DNA from: Octopus sinensis
Taxonomy: Eukaryota
Assembly: GCF_006345805.1 (NCBI RefSeq)
Contig: NW_021835959.1
Location: 62,001-126,000, forward strand
Reading direction: 5' to 3'
Length of the DNA: 64,000 bases
The position numbers were made by a program, and so were the translations under genes. Below, piece after piece: positions 51,151-63,560 of this stretch (its first letter is position 1; each line of letters opens with the position of its first letter). The notes under the pieces were generated by a model. The model worked only from the letters and a program-made list of their open reading frames with translations, did no database searches and was not told where the DNA came from.

Positions 51151-53169
51151 CAGAAGGCAACTTATATATGTAGGAATTTCTCCTTTGGTATGTCTGTCCT
51201 GCTACCTGTCACGACCATTATAAATACAGTAATCCGTCAAAGGACGGCAAAGAGAAATAGCCAGAGGCGAGACGGCCAACAAGTAACTTCGCCAGTTTAG
51301 CAGGCAACACAGATCCGTATATTCGACATGAACGATCTAACAGCCGCAGAACATAAACAGACACCACCGAATGACCAATGCACACACAGACACAAAACAT
51401 ATCCGGTTCTACCTCATCATACAGACACAATATTTACCCTGTTAATTTCTTCTTGGCCAGATCGAAGTAAAGTTGGTAAGGTCATGTAGTGAGATTTTTG
51501 GTGTATACAAGTAAATGCTATTGGCGTTTAAATAAATTATTTAAACTACAATCTGATGCTTTCCCATTGTTTTACTTTGAAGTCGTCCACATGCCTATTT
51601 TATCTGCAACCCCAACATATTTTGCTACACCTTTCCAACTACAGGGGAATTGATTTATGATGCTCTGAGGACCGCCATGTGTATAACATATAGGCGTAGG
51701 AGTGGCTGTGTGGTAAGTAGCTTGCTTACCAACCACATGGTTCCAGGTTCAGTCCCACAGCGTGGCACCTTAGGCAAGTGTCTTCTACTATAGCCTCGGG
51801 CCGACCAAAGCCTTGTGAGTGGATTTGTTAGACGGAAACTGAAAGAAGCCCGTTGTATATATGCATATACATAAGTATGTGCGTGTATATATTTGTGTGT
51901 CTGTGTTTGTCTCCCTAACATCGCTTGACAACCGATGCTGGTGTGTTTATGTCCTCGTAACTTGTCGATTCGGCGAAAGAGACCGATAGAATAAGTACTA
52001 GGTTTACAGTGTGTGAGTTGTAGAGCGCGCGCGCGTGTCTGTGTTTGTCTCCCTAACATCGCTTGACAACCGATGCTGGTGTGTTTATGTCCCCGTAACT
52101 TAGCGGTTCGGCGAAAGAGACCGATAGAATAAGTACTAGGCTTACAGTATGTGAGTTGTAGTGCGCGCATGTCTGTGACGTCTTATAACTGTTTGTCTCT
52201 CTACTTCCCTAGAGTCTTATCTGTTGCTGTCACATATTGTGAAATTTTAAAACTTGGTATATTGAAATAAGTTTCCACGTTAAACCCGATTTTGTTATTT
52301 ATTTGTTCCAGAAAAACTGCAGAAAAATGTTCCAGTGGTTTAAAGTTTAATCAATTCTATCTAATCAGAAATCAGGAATTGGAAGCTAGCATTTTCTACA
52401 TGATAGCTGTCTATCACAGAATGAAAGCAAAATCATTACGAGGAGGAATTTTTATTAAACAAAACGAAAGCAAAGCATTACGACGACCAAAGTTGTAAGA
52501 ACTTCTGAAATTTTAATAAGTTTTAATAAATAAAATCACGCAAAACGGTCGAACAGACATGTAAATAATTTAAAAAGGGAAAAATCATCGACGATGTTCT
52601 GTGGCGAAGAATTGCGCAAATCTGTCTTGATCAAGAGGTCTAGCTGTCGGGTAAGGCATTATCTGGCATGGAAAAAACAAAAATTTATGTAAGACATTCT
52701 ATTTTAAAAAATTGTCCGACAACAATGGGCTATTCAGTTAAAAACTGTCATGCTGGGGTGGGCTATTTTTGGATAAAATGAGAAGAGTGCAAGGGTGTTA
52801 GTGTGAGAGAAATACGGTGACATAGGGAGAGTGACTGATATCAGGAAAGGTGAGTACAGATTTGTGTAAGCGACAAATATGGAGTGGTACTGGGTTGTTA
52901 CGTTAATACAGCTGTCATTCAGGGATACACACACGAGCGCTTTCAATTAGTTTACGAAGTCAAGTCGTAGCAGACATATGACAGCTAATGAAAACAGAGT
53001 TTTTTGTGTGTGTGTGTGTGTGTGTGTGTATGCATGCATACATGTATGTATGTAGGTATGTATGTAAAGTTAATCCAAATATGAAAACACAAAGAGAAAA
53101 CACAACAACGCGAGGACGTGGAACAAATATAGTATTATTGGACGCTCAGGAAGGAAGGAAAGAAGGAGG

Positions 53170-53204
53170 GTTTAACGTTTCGAGCGGAGCTCTTCGTCAG
53201 AAAC
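53170..53204 (-). ncRNA. Minimal type-I hammerhead ribozyme motif (Penelope-like element type)
   Basis: Reverse complement gttt-CTGACGA-a-gagc(tcc)gctc-GAAAC-GTT-aaac. It lies in a repeat (53065-53235) whose end also occurs at 9481-9551. Confidence 0.72.
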
Positions 53205-53429
53205 ATAGGAAAAGGAAAGATCCAAAGAAGGGAAGACATGTATGTATGCATGTATGTATGTATGCATGTCACACGCTGTCATCTTTATGAAAAGGAATGA
53301 TTTAGATCAAATGATTACTCCATTAACATGTATACACATACATTTATGGCATTACGCACACGAATGAAAGTAACTTAACCCTACAACAACTATATTTGTG
53401 ACTAAACCAAATTCATGCTTTTTCTTATC

Positions 53430-53430
53430 T

Positions 53431-53479
<49 letters not shown>

Positions 53480-53930
53480 TCTCTCTCTACTCTCTCCACA
53501 CACACACACGCACGCACGTCTTTCATATCACGTTCTTTCTCGCTGAGGCCTCTTTGTCTTTCTCTTGCTCGCTCTTTCTCACTCTCTCCTCTCTCTCTCT
53601 CTCTCTCTTTACACACACACACACACGCACACACGTCTTTCATAGCATACTCTTTCTTGCTCCTCTCTTTTTGTCTCTTCCCCCTCTCTCTCTCTCTCTC
53701 TCTCTCTCCACACACGTCTTTCATATCACTTTCTTTCTCGCTGAGGCCTCTTTGTCTTTCTCTTGCTCGCTCTTTCTCACTCTCTTCCTATCTCTCTCTC
53801 TTTACACACACACACGCACACACGTCTTTCATAGCATACTCTTTCTTGCTCCTCTCTCTTTGTCTCTCTCCCCCCTCTCTTTCTCTTTCTCTCCACACAC
53901 GTCTTTCATATTACGCTCTTTCTCGCTCCG
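53430..53930. repeat. Compound (CT)n/(CA)n array, duplicated unit of about 190 bp plus a partial third copy
   Basis: The anchor cacgtctttcata occurs five times, alternating ...tcac and ...gcatac continuations. Confidence 0.85.
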
Positions 53931-54187
53931 CCTTTTACGTTAGGGTTTCATGTTTGCGCTTTTGAGTTAGGATAAAGATTACGTTTAAACAGAAACTGAG
54001 GAGGGATTTTAAATATTTGAATTTGTGTGCAATTTGCTACAGAATTGAACTTGCATATGTTTGAAATTTGGATATCAAAAAAAAATATATTCTTAAAAGA
54101 TGAAAAATAAAAAGATCAACAAAGTGTTCTTAGTCCGAAGTGTCGCTGAGTGCTTTTTTTTTTTCTAAGCGATTTACAATAAGTTAG

Positions 54188-54575
54188 TGGAAGCGTAATG
54201 GCCCAGTGGTTAGGGCAGCGGACTCGCGGTCATAGGATCGCGGTTTCGATTCCCAGACCGGGCGTTGTGAGTGTTTATTGAGCGAAAAACACCTAAGAGC
54301 TCCACGAGGCTCCGGCAGGGGATGGTGGTGATCCCTGCTGTACTCTTTCACCACAACTTTCTCTCACTCTTACTTCCTGTTTCTGTTGTACCTGTATTTC
54401 AAAGGGCCGGCCTTGTCACTCTCTGTGTCACGCAGAATATCCCCGAGAACTACGTTAAGGGTACACGTGTCTGTGGAGTGCTCAGCCACTTACACGTTAA
54501 TTTCACGAGCAGGCTGTTCCGTTGATTTGGATCAACCGGAACCCGCATCGTCGTAACCGACGGAGTGCTTCCACT
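54188..54575 (+). mobile_element. Young full-length tRNA-derived SINE with 9-bp target-site duplication
   Basis: A box tggcccagtgg and B box ggtttcgattcc. TSD ataagttag at 54179-54187 and 54576-54584. CpGs are intact. Confidence 0.88.
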
Positions 54576-54625
54576 ATAAGTTAGATAAAGAGCTTTGCGA
54601 TGTTACTGTTAATTCTCTGAGTCAT

Positions 54626-54657
54626 TAACTCGGACAACGCCGGGTATTTCAGCTAGT
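54626..54657 (+). mobile_element. Helitron 3' terminus
   Basis: GC hairpin actcggacaacgccgggt followed by atttcag-CTAG|t. The 5' end was not located. Confidence 0.6.
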
Positions 54658-55378
54658 TATAGGATATACTTTTTACTTACAGGGACGAGAGGATGGGGTA
54701 GTTCCCATGGCTTTCACACGTCCTCCTCAGTCATGTCATTAATATTCCCCTTGAACCATTATAAGCCAACGCCTACCAGAAAGACATGAACCGGGAGAAA
54801 AATTTTAGAGGCTTGATGTTCTGGGTAGAAAGGACTACGTATAGTGGCTAGACTCAAGGGTTCTGAGAAGAGGGGAAACGAGCGGGTGAGGAGTACTTGA
54901 GTGGTGGTGGTGGTGGTATAAACCGAGTTAGCTCCGTTAAGCAGAAGCCATTATACTAACGGTGGAAAGGTTAAGAGTGGAAACAACGACCCTGTGAGCC
55001 AGAGACTAGAGCATGTTTGTGAGTGACTTGATGCTAATCAGCCAGGTTGCTATTTGGGGGGGGGGGGGGCGGACATCCGTGTGTGCAGTAGCAGCAGAAC
55101 TGTTCCATATATGAGATTTATATTCATTTGTAGACTATCAATGATTGTTGGGGACCAAAATACCTGCTGGTCCTGAAGAGAAGTCAGTCGTTAGAATGTG
55201 GTCTAGCTACGTTAATTGAAGTCTCTAGGTAGAGGAGGCACAAGGCCAGTCAACTCCGAAAAATCGAGGCCATTGTAGCAGCAATAGAAAAAATAAAAAG
55301 AGGATACAGTACAACCCTGAGTCAAGAACTGGAGTGTGTTTGTGAGTGGGCTTATGGCAGTCAACTGACCAGTCTTTC

Positions 55379-55535
55379 CAGGAGCGGACCGAATGTATTA
55401 AGAGCCCTCGGGCATAACTTTTCACCGGGCCCCTTCGCATTGGTATCAAAGAGAGTTAACATGTAGAGTGCGGGCCCCTCAGAGCTCCGGGCTCTTGGGC
55501 AGTGCCCGATTGACCGACGGCTGAGTCCGCCCCTA
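55379..55535. mobile_element. hAT-type MITE, 157 bp
   Basis: TIR caggagcggac / gtccgccccta, with a perfect 8-bp TSD agtctttc (55371-78 and 55536-43). Confidence 0.82.
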
Positions 55536-56799
55536 AGTCTTTCTATGGATGTGGTACGGAATGTTAATGTGTGTAGCAATAACACCGTCCCAAATGTGGT
55601 TGTAATACTCCATCGTGGGTCTCATTTAAGCTTTGTAATGTAAGTAGTTGTTGAGAGTTGTTAATAATCTGGCCTTGAAGAGAAGAGCTAAGCTTTTGTG
55701 ATGTGATCCCAGCGATAAACAAATATATCCATGTTGACAACTTCAATTTGAAATATGATTAAGACATTAAAATTATCTAAACCAGATTTTAAAAAAAACA
55801 AAATTGCTGTTCAAGGGAGATAACCTTTACTCTTCCCCATGTTACAATGAATATTTAACACTTAAAGAGAGCGGTAAAAAATAGGTGGATTTATCCCTTA
55901 CCCTTTCTACTATTCTTTTTTCTTTCCTCTTGCTTTGTACGAGTTTTCTTTTTATGAGGATAGGGAAGAAGTATTTGCAGCATCAGTCTTGAACGCATGC
56001 AGATTCTCCTGACCATGAATTAGTTAGCAGAGTTATTTCCCTTGTTCACTGACACACCACAACATTGTAAGCCTCAGAGATTTCATCGTATGTCTATGAG
56101 GTCAGCATGCCGATGCCTTGACTGCACCGCAATTATACGAATAAATAAATGTTTACCCATTAGAATTTATAAATGTTATTATTAATAGACGTAGTGAATA
56201 CAAAAGAACTAGCCTTCAGGATGCAGCAGCGTAATTAACAATGATCCCTTCCAACTAAACCCAAGGCCAATTTACTCTATTTTAACTCTAGGACGCATAA
56301 TGGAAAAATAAATCGCATCTAGTAGTTGATACGTGTGTTGTTTTATCGACCTTAGAAAGAGGAAAAGCAAATTTGACTTTGAATTTGATATTAATATATC
56401 ATTAAATACCTATTTCTTTATTACCCACAAGGGGCTAAACACAGAGGGGACAAACAAGGACAGACATAGGTATTAAGTCGATTACATCGACCCCAGTGCC
56501 TAACTGGTACTTAATTTATCGACCCCGAAAGGATGAAAGGCAAAGTCGACATCGGCGGAATTTGAACTCACAACGTAACGCAGACGAAATACCGCTAAGC
56601 ATTTCGCCCGGCGTGCTAACGTGTCTGCCAGCTCAAATACCGCAGGCATGTTGGCCGAAGCTCTAGCAATTCGCTCAGCCCACTTAAGAATTTAAAAATT
56701 CATTTGAAGATACAGTAACCTATCGCCATATCGCGGTTTATTATTTAAGCTTGCGTCGATTCCTCCGTGATGTTGTTTTGTCTTTATAATAAAATAGAT

Positions 56800-57226
56800 G
56801 GATCTTTTCGGTTTGAACGGCAGTTTTTAACATAACTTCTGGGTAACTAAAAAATTTTAAACTTCGTATACTGGTAGAATGTGTTTTAAAACATCTTTTT
56901 CTCTTGACTTTATTGAGAAAATTCTATAGTTTGTAAGATATTTGGGTTTTTTTTTTTTTTCAATTTCTGCAATTTCAACCAATCAAATACGTCTATTGAG
57001 GTAAAAAAAACAAACATTCTGTGCCGTATGAATATGTCCCTCGTTTAAGAAACAGATTGGGTTTATTTACATTTGTGAAGAAGAAAAACAGATACCCTTC
57101 CTCCCACCCCTAACCCTAACCCTAAAACAGATTGAAATGCAATAGATCGATACTAGGGTCATAATTATGGGTGACAATTTCATATGACATCGCTAGAAAA
57201 AACTGCCGTTCAAACCGAAAAGATCC
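56800..57226. mobile_element. Merlin-type MITE, 427 bp
   Basis: 29-bp TIR ggatcttttcggtttgaacggcagttttt starting with GG, 8-bp TSD aaatagat (56792-99 and 57227-34), internal (CCCTAA)3. Confidence 0.85.
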
Positions 57227-57538
57227 AAATAGATATATACAAATTATAAAAATGATTTTAAAAAATACGAAATGCAATAGATCGATACTAGGGTCATAAT
57301 TATGGGTGACAATTTCATATGACATCGCTAGAAAAAACTGCCGTTCAAACCGAAAAGATCCAAATAGATATATACAAATTATAAAAATGATTTTTAAAAA
57401 TACGAAATGCAATAGATCGATACTAGGGTCATAATTATGGGTGACAATTTCATATGACATCGCTAGAAAAAACTGCCATTCAAACCGAAAAGATCCAAAT
57501 AGATATATACAAATTATAAAAATGATTTTAAAAAATAC
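57134..57538. repeat. Tandem triplication, 3 x 135 bp, of the MITE right end plus flank
   Basis: Units start at 57134, 57269 and 57404. Confidence 0.95.
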
Positions 57539-58743
57539 GGTACAGTACTGGAGTGGCTGTGTGGTAAGTAGCTTGCTAACCATCCACCTGGTTCCGGGTT
57601 CAGTCCCACTGCGTGACATCTTGGGCAAGTGTCTTCTGATATAGCCCCGGGCCGACCAATGCCTTGTGAGTGGATTTGGTAGACGGAAACTGAAAGAAGC
57701 CTGTCGTATATATATATGTATATATATATGCGTGTGTGTGTTTGTTCCCCTAGCATTGCTTGACAACCGATGCTGGTGTGTTTACGTCCCCGTCACTTAG
57801 CGGTTCGGCAAAAGAGACCGATAGAATAAGTACTGGGCTTACAAAGAATAAGTCCCGGGGTCGATATGCTCGACTAAAGGCGGTGCTCCAGCATGGCCGC
57901 AGTCAAATGACTGAAACAAGTAAAAGAGTAAAAGAGAGAGAATACTGTTTCTACTTCGCAGATTTCACCCGCGATAGTCGGGGGATTACTGTATACATTT
58001 TTAAAGCCATAGAATTTGTAAATATTGGTTTCAAATTTTGACACAAGGTCAACAATTTCGGGGGAGAGGCTAAGTCGATTACATCGAACTTCACGGATCA
58101 AATTTTCATTCTTTCGAGATCGATAAAATATTTAAAACTCGGCGAAGGTAAAGAATACACAGACCCAGTGTTTAGAGTTAGGGTTGAGGGTTAGTTTTAG
58201 GGTTAGGTTAGGATTTTTGTTACGCTGAAATCAGGTAATTCTCGCTATTTCCGAAAATCTTTTTCATTTCAAAATCCGATATAATCAGAATTTACTCCAC
58301 CTGAAAGGAATTTGTAGAAAAATATTTTGCGTTTTAAATTTATTTTATTCTGAAAGTTATGAGAAAACAATGTAGGTGGAGGCATTGCACTCGTGTAAGT
58401 ATGCACTTTTTAAGACAAAGGTTGTGATTTGAGGGGGATTTGACTACTATCTATAAAAGATGGAACAACATAAAGGCTTTTTCGTTGGCCCTTTGTTAAA
58501 TCAGATGTTGATACATTCGTTTCAGCATGATTTTTTAACCCTGCGTTTAACACTTTTTTTATTTTGCTTGTTTTTATTTTTATTTTTCTGAAGTAGCTTT
58601 TTATAATAACGGGAATTCTAGATCGTGCCATGGGGGAGTGCGAAGTGTTTTAATTAATTATTATTATTATTTTTTATTTTTATTTTAACGAAACACTAAT
58701 TAGAATGAGGGGATTTACAAGTGCAGTATACACACATACCCCT

Positions 58744-58791
<48 letters not shown>

Positions 58792-58793
58792 TT

Positions 58794-59237
58794 GTTTGGC
58801 GAACCGCTAAGTCATTTTATCGATCGAGTTTGCCGAACCGCTATATCATTTTATCGATCCCGTTCGGCGGACCGCTAAGTCGATCGCGTTTCTAGAAACG
58901 CTAAGTCATTTTATCGATCATGTTTGGCGAACTGCTAAGTCATTTTATCGATCTCGTTTGTCGAACCCCTAAATCATTTTCTCGATCTCGTTTGGCGAAC
59001 CGCTAGATCATTTTATCGATTATTTTTGGCGAACCGCTAGAACATTTTATCGTTTTTGTTTAGCGAAATGCTAAGTCATTTTATCGATCGTGTTTGGCGA
59101 AACGCTAAGTGATTTTATCGATCATGATTGGCGAAACGCTAAGTAATTTTATGGATCATTTTTGGCGAACCGCTAACTCATTTTATCGATCTTGTTTAGC
59201 GAAACGCTAACTCATTTTATCAATCTCGTTTGGCGAA
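58794..59237. repeat. Minisatellite, about 13 x 34 bp, diverged copies
   Basis: Unit gtttggcgaaccgctaagtcattttatcgatcNN; the third copy has an 8-bp deletion. Confidence 0.95.
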
Positions 59238-59410
59238 AAAAATTTTTTTTTTTCTTACACACACGGCTTCGTTTTTTTACTATTGCTTATATTCCACAAA
59301 TTTCTATCATCGTAATCTATACCGTTTGAAAGGCCATGGAGAGTTTTACTTGACATCTATCATTCGTTTCATTTTCAATATCGTCACCTTTTGAAAACTA
59401 GTGTTCGAGA

Positions 59411-59830
59411 ATGGAGAATTTCAATATTCGTGAAAATTGAAATTTTGATTATTATGAATGCATCAACACTTCCCATTGTAACAATCAAAAGTCAGTTGAG
59501 TTTCTTCGTTCACACGGAGTATTACTAAACGTAGTGATATGCCCACATTGAAACAACGATGGAAAAATGCCTCACTTCAATAATTTTGAAGATAGCACGC
59601 ATAGAAATATATACACATAGAAACATTGAAAGACTTTGGAGAGACATAAAAGAATCAATCCAAAAGCCAGGAATTTAATCAAAATATCTGCAACAATATC
59701 TTGCAAGATATTGATTTATAACTTCTCAACATGAAGGAAGTCTGTTGCACAAGTTCTTCATGGAGGCAACCAAGTTATACCTTCCTCTCTCGAATCGTTG
59801 CCGTCAAATAATTACAAACCAAGACGAAGG
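59411..59830 (+). mobile_element. Internally deleted Merlin-like transposase pseudogene
   Basis: N-terminus SVEFLRSHGVLLNVVICPH is joined to the C-terminus NIERLWRDIKESIQKPGI*SKYLQQYLARY. Three subterminal-type repeats (ggatc.tgtgaatttt) follow at 59988, 60122 and 60279. Confidence 0.65.
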
Positions 59831-61599
59831 TATGTATCTGTATGTTTGCGCAAATTTTTGTTTTCATATTCATTCGTTTTCCACACATTTTTTTTTACAC
59901 ATATTAGACCTTTTTTTTCTTCTTTTTTTGCTTGTTTTGACGACTGGGTGCTAAACTAGATCCTGAAAATTATGAAGGAAAAAAACGGATCATGTGAATT
60001 TTTCAACAGTCTTCTCCCCACAAATTTCTTTATAATCGTAATTTATGTTGTTTGAAAGGTGTTTCTGTAAAATTTCATTAAAAGTTGTCCATTTTCCTGA
60101 AAGTTATGTGGGAAAAAAATCGGATCGTGTGAATTTTCCGACAGTCCTCTCCCCACCCTTTCAGTAAACATTTTCCCCACAAATTTCTTTATAATCGTAA
60201 TCTATGTCATTTGAGCGGTATTTCTATACAATTTCACTAATACATATCCATTTTCCTGAAAGTTATGAGGGAAAAATTGGATCTTGTGAATTTTCCGAAA
60301 GTCCTCTCCCCACCTCACCCCCGTTCGTTTGCGATAATTTTTGTTTTCATATTCGCTTTCTACACATTTTTTTACACCTATTAGACTTGGGGGGTTTTTT
60401 GTTATTTTTTTTTTTTGCTTTTGTGACCGGGAGTTAAACTATATATTAACCTTTTTGCCTCGCCTCGTAGAGCTTTTGTAATTTGTTAGCAGCAGTTGAT
60501 TTCAAATGATCCGTTAAGGAGTAAGTTAGAGTCGCCAGATAAGCAATAGTTAACTGGTTTAACTATTTAAGAGATCTATATAGTATGTCGACCATCCTGT
60601 ACAGATTGGCGGAAATGATTTCCTCAATTCGTTAAATACTTTCGACAGTATTATCCAGGCTAAGTCTTATATTTTAGTTTATTATTAAACAAATTATAAT
60701 AAAATAAAACAAAAGCTTTCTTTAAAAAATCGGATTTTACAGTCACCATTTAGGCGAATTTCCAGCAGTTGACGAGTTCTGTCATCTGGTTCACAAAACG
60801 AAATATCGCTTCATAACCATTCCACTAAAGTACAGCAGTTGTAAATACGCAAACAATAATCAGTTTGCAGATTCTCAATTGCTTATGCCCGTATATACAA
60901 ATCTGGAGACCGTTCAATTTATTTGATCTCACGTTATTCAATTTCATTTTATTTTAATTTAATTTTTAAGGCGTAAAAAAGAATAAAGCACAAACCGGGC
61001 TGAAAAAAAAAAAGATTCATGCTGAAACGAATAAGTGTTCCGTTGTTTATACAACTGATAACTACTACGAAGTGATTAACGATAGGAAGAGCTGAAAGTT
61101 CTACTATTAACCACTTAACCGTAAATTAGGAGTGGAATATAATTTTAAGCAATTAGACAAACCGGGGCAATCTGTCACACAAAACAATGGCTGTAGTAAG
61201 ATTTGAATTTAATCTGGTATTTTGGCTTCCCAAGATGTATAATTGAAGGAGTCTGCCTGTCTTTAATTTTACTTATTTATTTACTGATTTCTTGTTTTGT
61301 TTTTTTTCTTATATTTTTTTCTCAATTTTCTTAGTTTACTTTTGTATATTGTTCTTTTGCACTGAATCTACTTTATTTGTCAAGAAATCTACTTTATTAA
61401 TAGGTACAATTTTAGAAGCTAAGAAGCTTTTTCAACTACTGAGACAAATGAGAGAATTAGTGGAGGATAACCCATTCGAAGAGTCAATGTTGCGATAGCA
61501 CTTTTTCTCGCGCTTCCCTTCAAATATACTAGCCATTTTAACACTTATAAGTGGGTAGAGTTGGCTAACTTGGCGGATGGTATTATGGATATTTCCTCT

Positions 61600-63560
61600 T
61601 CAAATACTTATTCCCCTATGTTTGTCTCTTCTATTTCCTCTAAGTTGGCGATATTTCGTAAGACAACAGAAAACAGCATTCAGGTTTTGACAGATAAGCT
61701 CAAACACTTGCAATTCTCCAGATATTTTTACACGCTCGAATTCTCATAGCTGAAGGACTTCTAAAGGGCGTTCTTTCAGTCCTCGTAACAGACCTACGGT
61801 GTTTTGTTGGTATCATAATTGTTTTGGTTTTAATGCACATAAGTCTGTTCAACCATGTCCCTTTAAGTCAACGGTTCAACCACGGGAAAGCGGCATCATC
61901 ACTAGGGATTAAGTGCGACTACATCCCTGAGTGACCTTTCGATATGTCGCAGGATTTTTTTTTTTTTCTTTTTTGACACCATTTTTAAGTGTCGAATCCT
62001 AATAGATATAGGAGCAGCTTGTATCATTTGGCCAGGGAAATTCATATGCGATTCATAGAGACCATCAACTAATACATTACAAGCTGTTAACCATCCTCCT
62101 ATTTCCACTTACAATGAGACATCTATGACCTTGTATCTTAATTTGGAGAGTCAGTTCAAGTGGATCTTTACAAATGTGGATTTTCCATATTCTATTTTCT
62201 GTGCTGAATCTGGTAATGTTGGAGCTTATTCTTCTATGTTCGTCTCTTCTACTTCTTCTAAGTCGGCGATATTTCGTAAGAGCAGAAAGCAGCATTCAGG
62301 CTTTAACAGATACGCTCAAACACTTGCAATTCTCCAGATATTCTACACGTTCGAATTCTCGTGGCTGGAGTACTTCTCGAATGTGTTTGTAGTGAGTCAA
62401 GGAAACCATATTTCGTTATCGCGGATTAGTGCATTTGTGCTTAGGCAACAGCAGCCGATCAGAGCTGGTGGTGTACCTATAAAATCAGCAGTCATAAGCC
62501 CTGCAAAGGGGTGTGCCTTTTTTGGCAGTAAGTTAGTAGAAGACTTTGATGTCACAACCGTAGAGGAACAGATCTACATGACCGTCAGCGAACAGATCCT
62601 ACGGCCATCAGCGAACAACATTGCACAACCGTCAGCGAACAGATCTCCACAACCATCAGCAGATAGATCTTGACATTTCACGCCAGCTTTCGTGCCACCG
62701 GTTGTTGCCTGTCCGTTTTCTTACGTCCTTAGCACTGCAAACTTCTATCCTATTTGTGCAATTGTATGTTTTCATTGCTTCCCTCTGACTCCTACATATA
62801 TACGCTCACTTTGCTCAGCACTTGTTAACACTTCCAAATAAATTAATATACCATCTGACATTTATTTCTACATACACTTATTTCCACGTCATACTGGGAC
62901 ATTGTTACATTCAAATACGCGACAACCAGCATCGTTACAAACATTTAAAATTATTAAATTGATGACAACTCTAAAACCGTTACACTGGTGAACAGTTTCT
63001 CTACGAATTATTACACGGTCTTTCAGTCCGCGTAACAGATTTACGTTTTGATGTTAATGCACGTAAGTCTGTTCAACCATGTCCCTTCAAGTCGTCTGTT
63101 CAACCGCGAGAAAACGGCATCGCCAGGGATTAAGTGCGACTGTATCCCTGAGTGACCTTTCGATATATCGCGGACATCATTTCAAAGCGTCGAACCTTGA
63201 TAGATGTAGGAGCAGCATGCAGCATTTGGCCAGGGACATTCTTATGCGATTCGCAGAGAACATCAGCTATTACATTATAAGCTGTTAACCATTCTCCTAT
63301 TTCCACTTACAATGAGATATCTATGACTTTGCATCTTAATTTGGAGTGTCAGTTCAAGTGGATACAATTGCGGGTTTTCCATATCCTCTTCTCCGACTCA
63401 GTCCTGCATAATTTTGGTCTTCTTGTAAATTTTAGACACTGGCAATTGATAGATTTGGAAACAGTTTTGTCTGTACAGGATGTGTACAATAAAACTGTTA
63501 CGGTCATTCCCCTTTTCTTTGCATCCGCTGACAAACTAAAATTAGGTATGGTGGAAGGAA
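61600..63560 (-). mobile_element. Diverged duplicated segment of a decayed, possibly Gypsy-type pol region
   Basis: 61607-61765 resembles 62226-62380, and 61772-62200 resembles 63019-63395. Minus-strand remnants NVIADVL (RNase H end-like) and KGHSGIQ...DMVEQ (integrase Zn-domain-like). Confidence 0.35.
62384..62943 (+). mobile_element. Solo-LTR-like insertion, 560 bp
   Basis: Termini TGTTTGTAGTGA...TCGTTACAAACA (TG...CA, imperfect inverted repeat), TATA-like ctataaaa at 62477 and AATAAA near 62838. No clear TSD. Confidence 0.55.

Noticed and set aside
54188-54265. tRNA gene (also SINE heads at 4603, 20293 and 20609)
   Set aside because: A/B boxes are present but there is no proper acceptor stem, and each head continues into a shared SINE body.
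57108-57125. Telomeric repeat (also degenerate TTAGGG at 58172-58212)
   Set aside because: Only about 3 units, internal to or near transposon sequence; not a chromosome end.
57122-57766. 214-aa ORF with 45-aa repeats
   Set aside because: It is the antisense read-through of a SINE plus the 135-bp MITE-end triplication.
58794-59237. CRISPR-like 34-bp repeats
   Set aside because: Head-to-tail repeats with only about 2 variable bases between them; no spacers.
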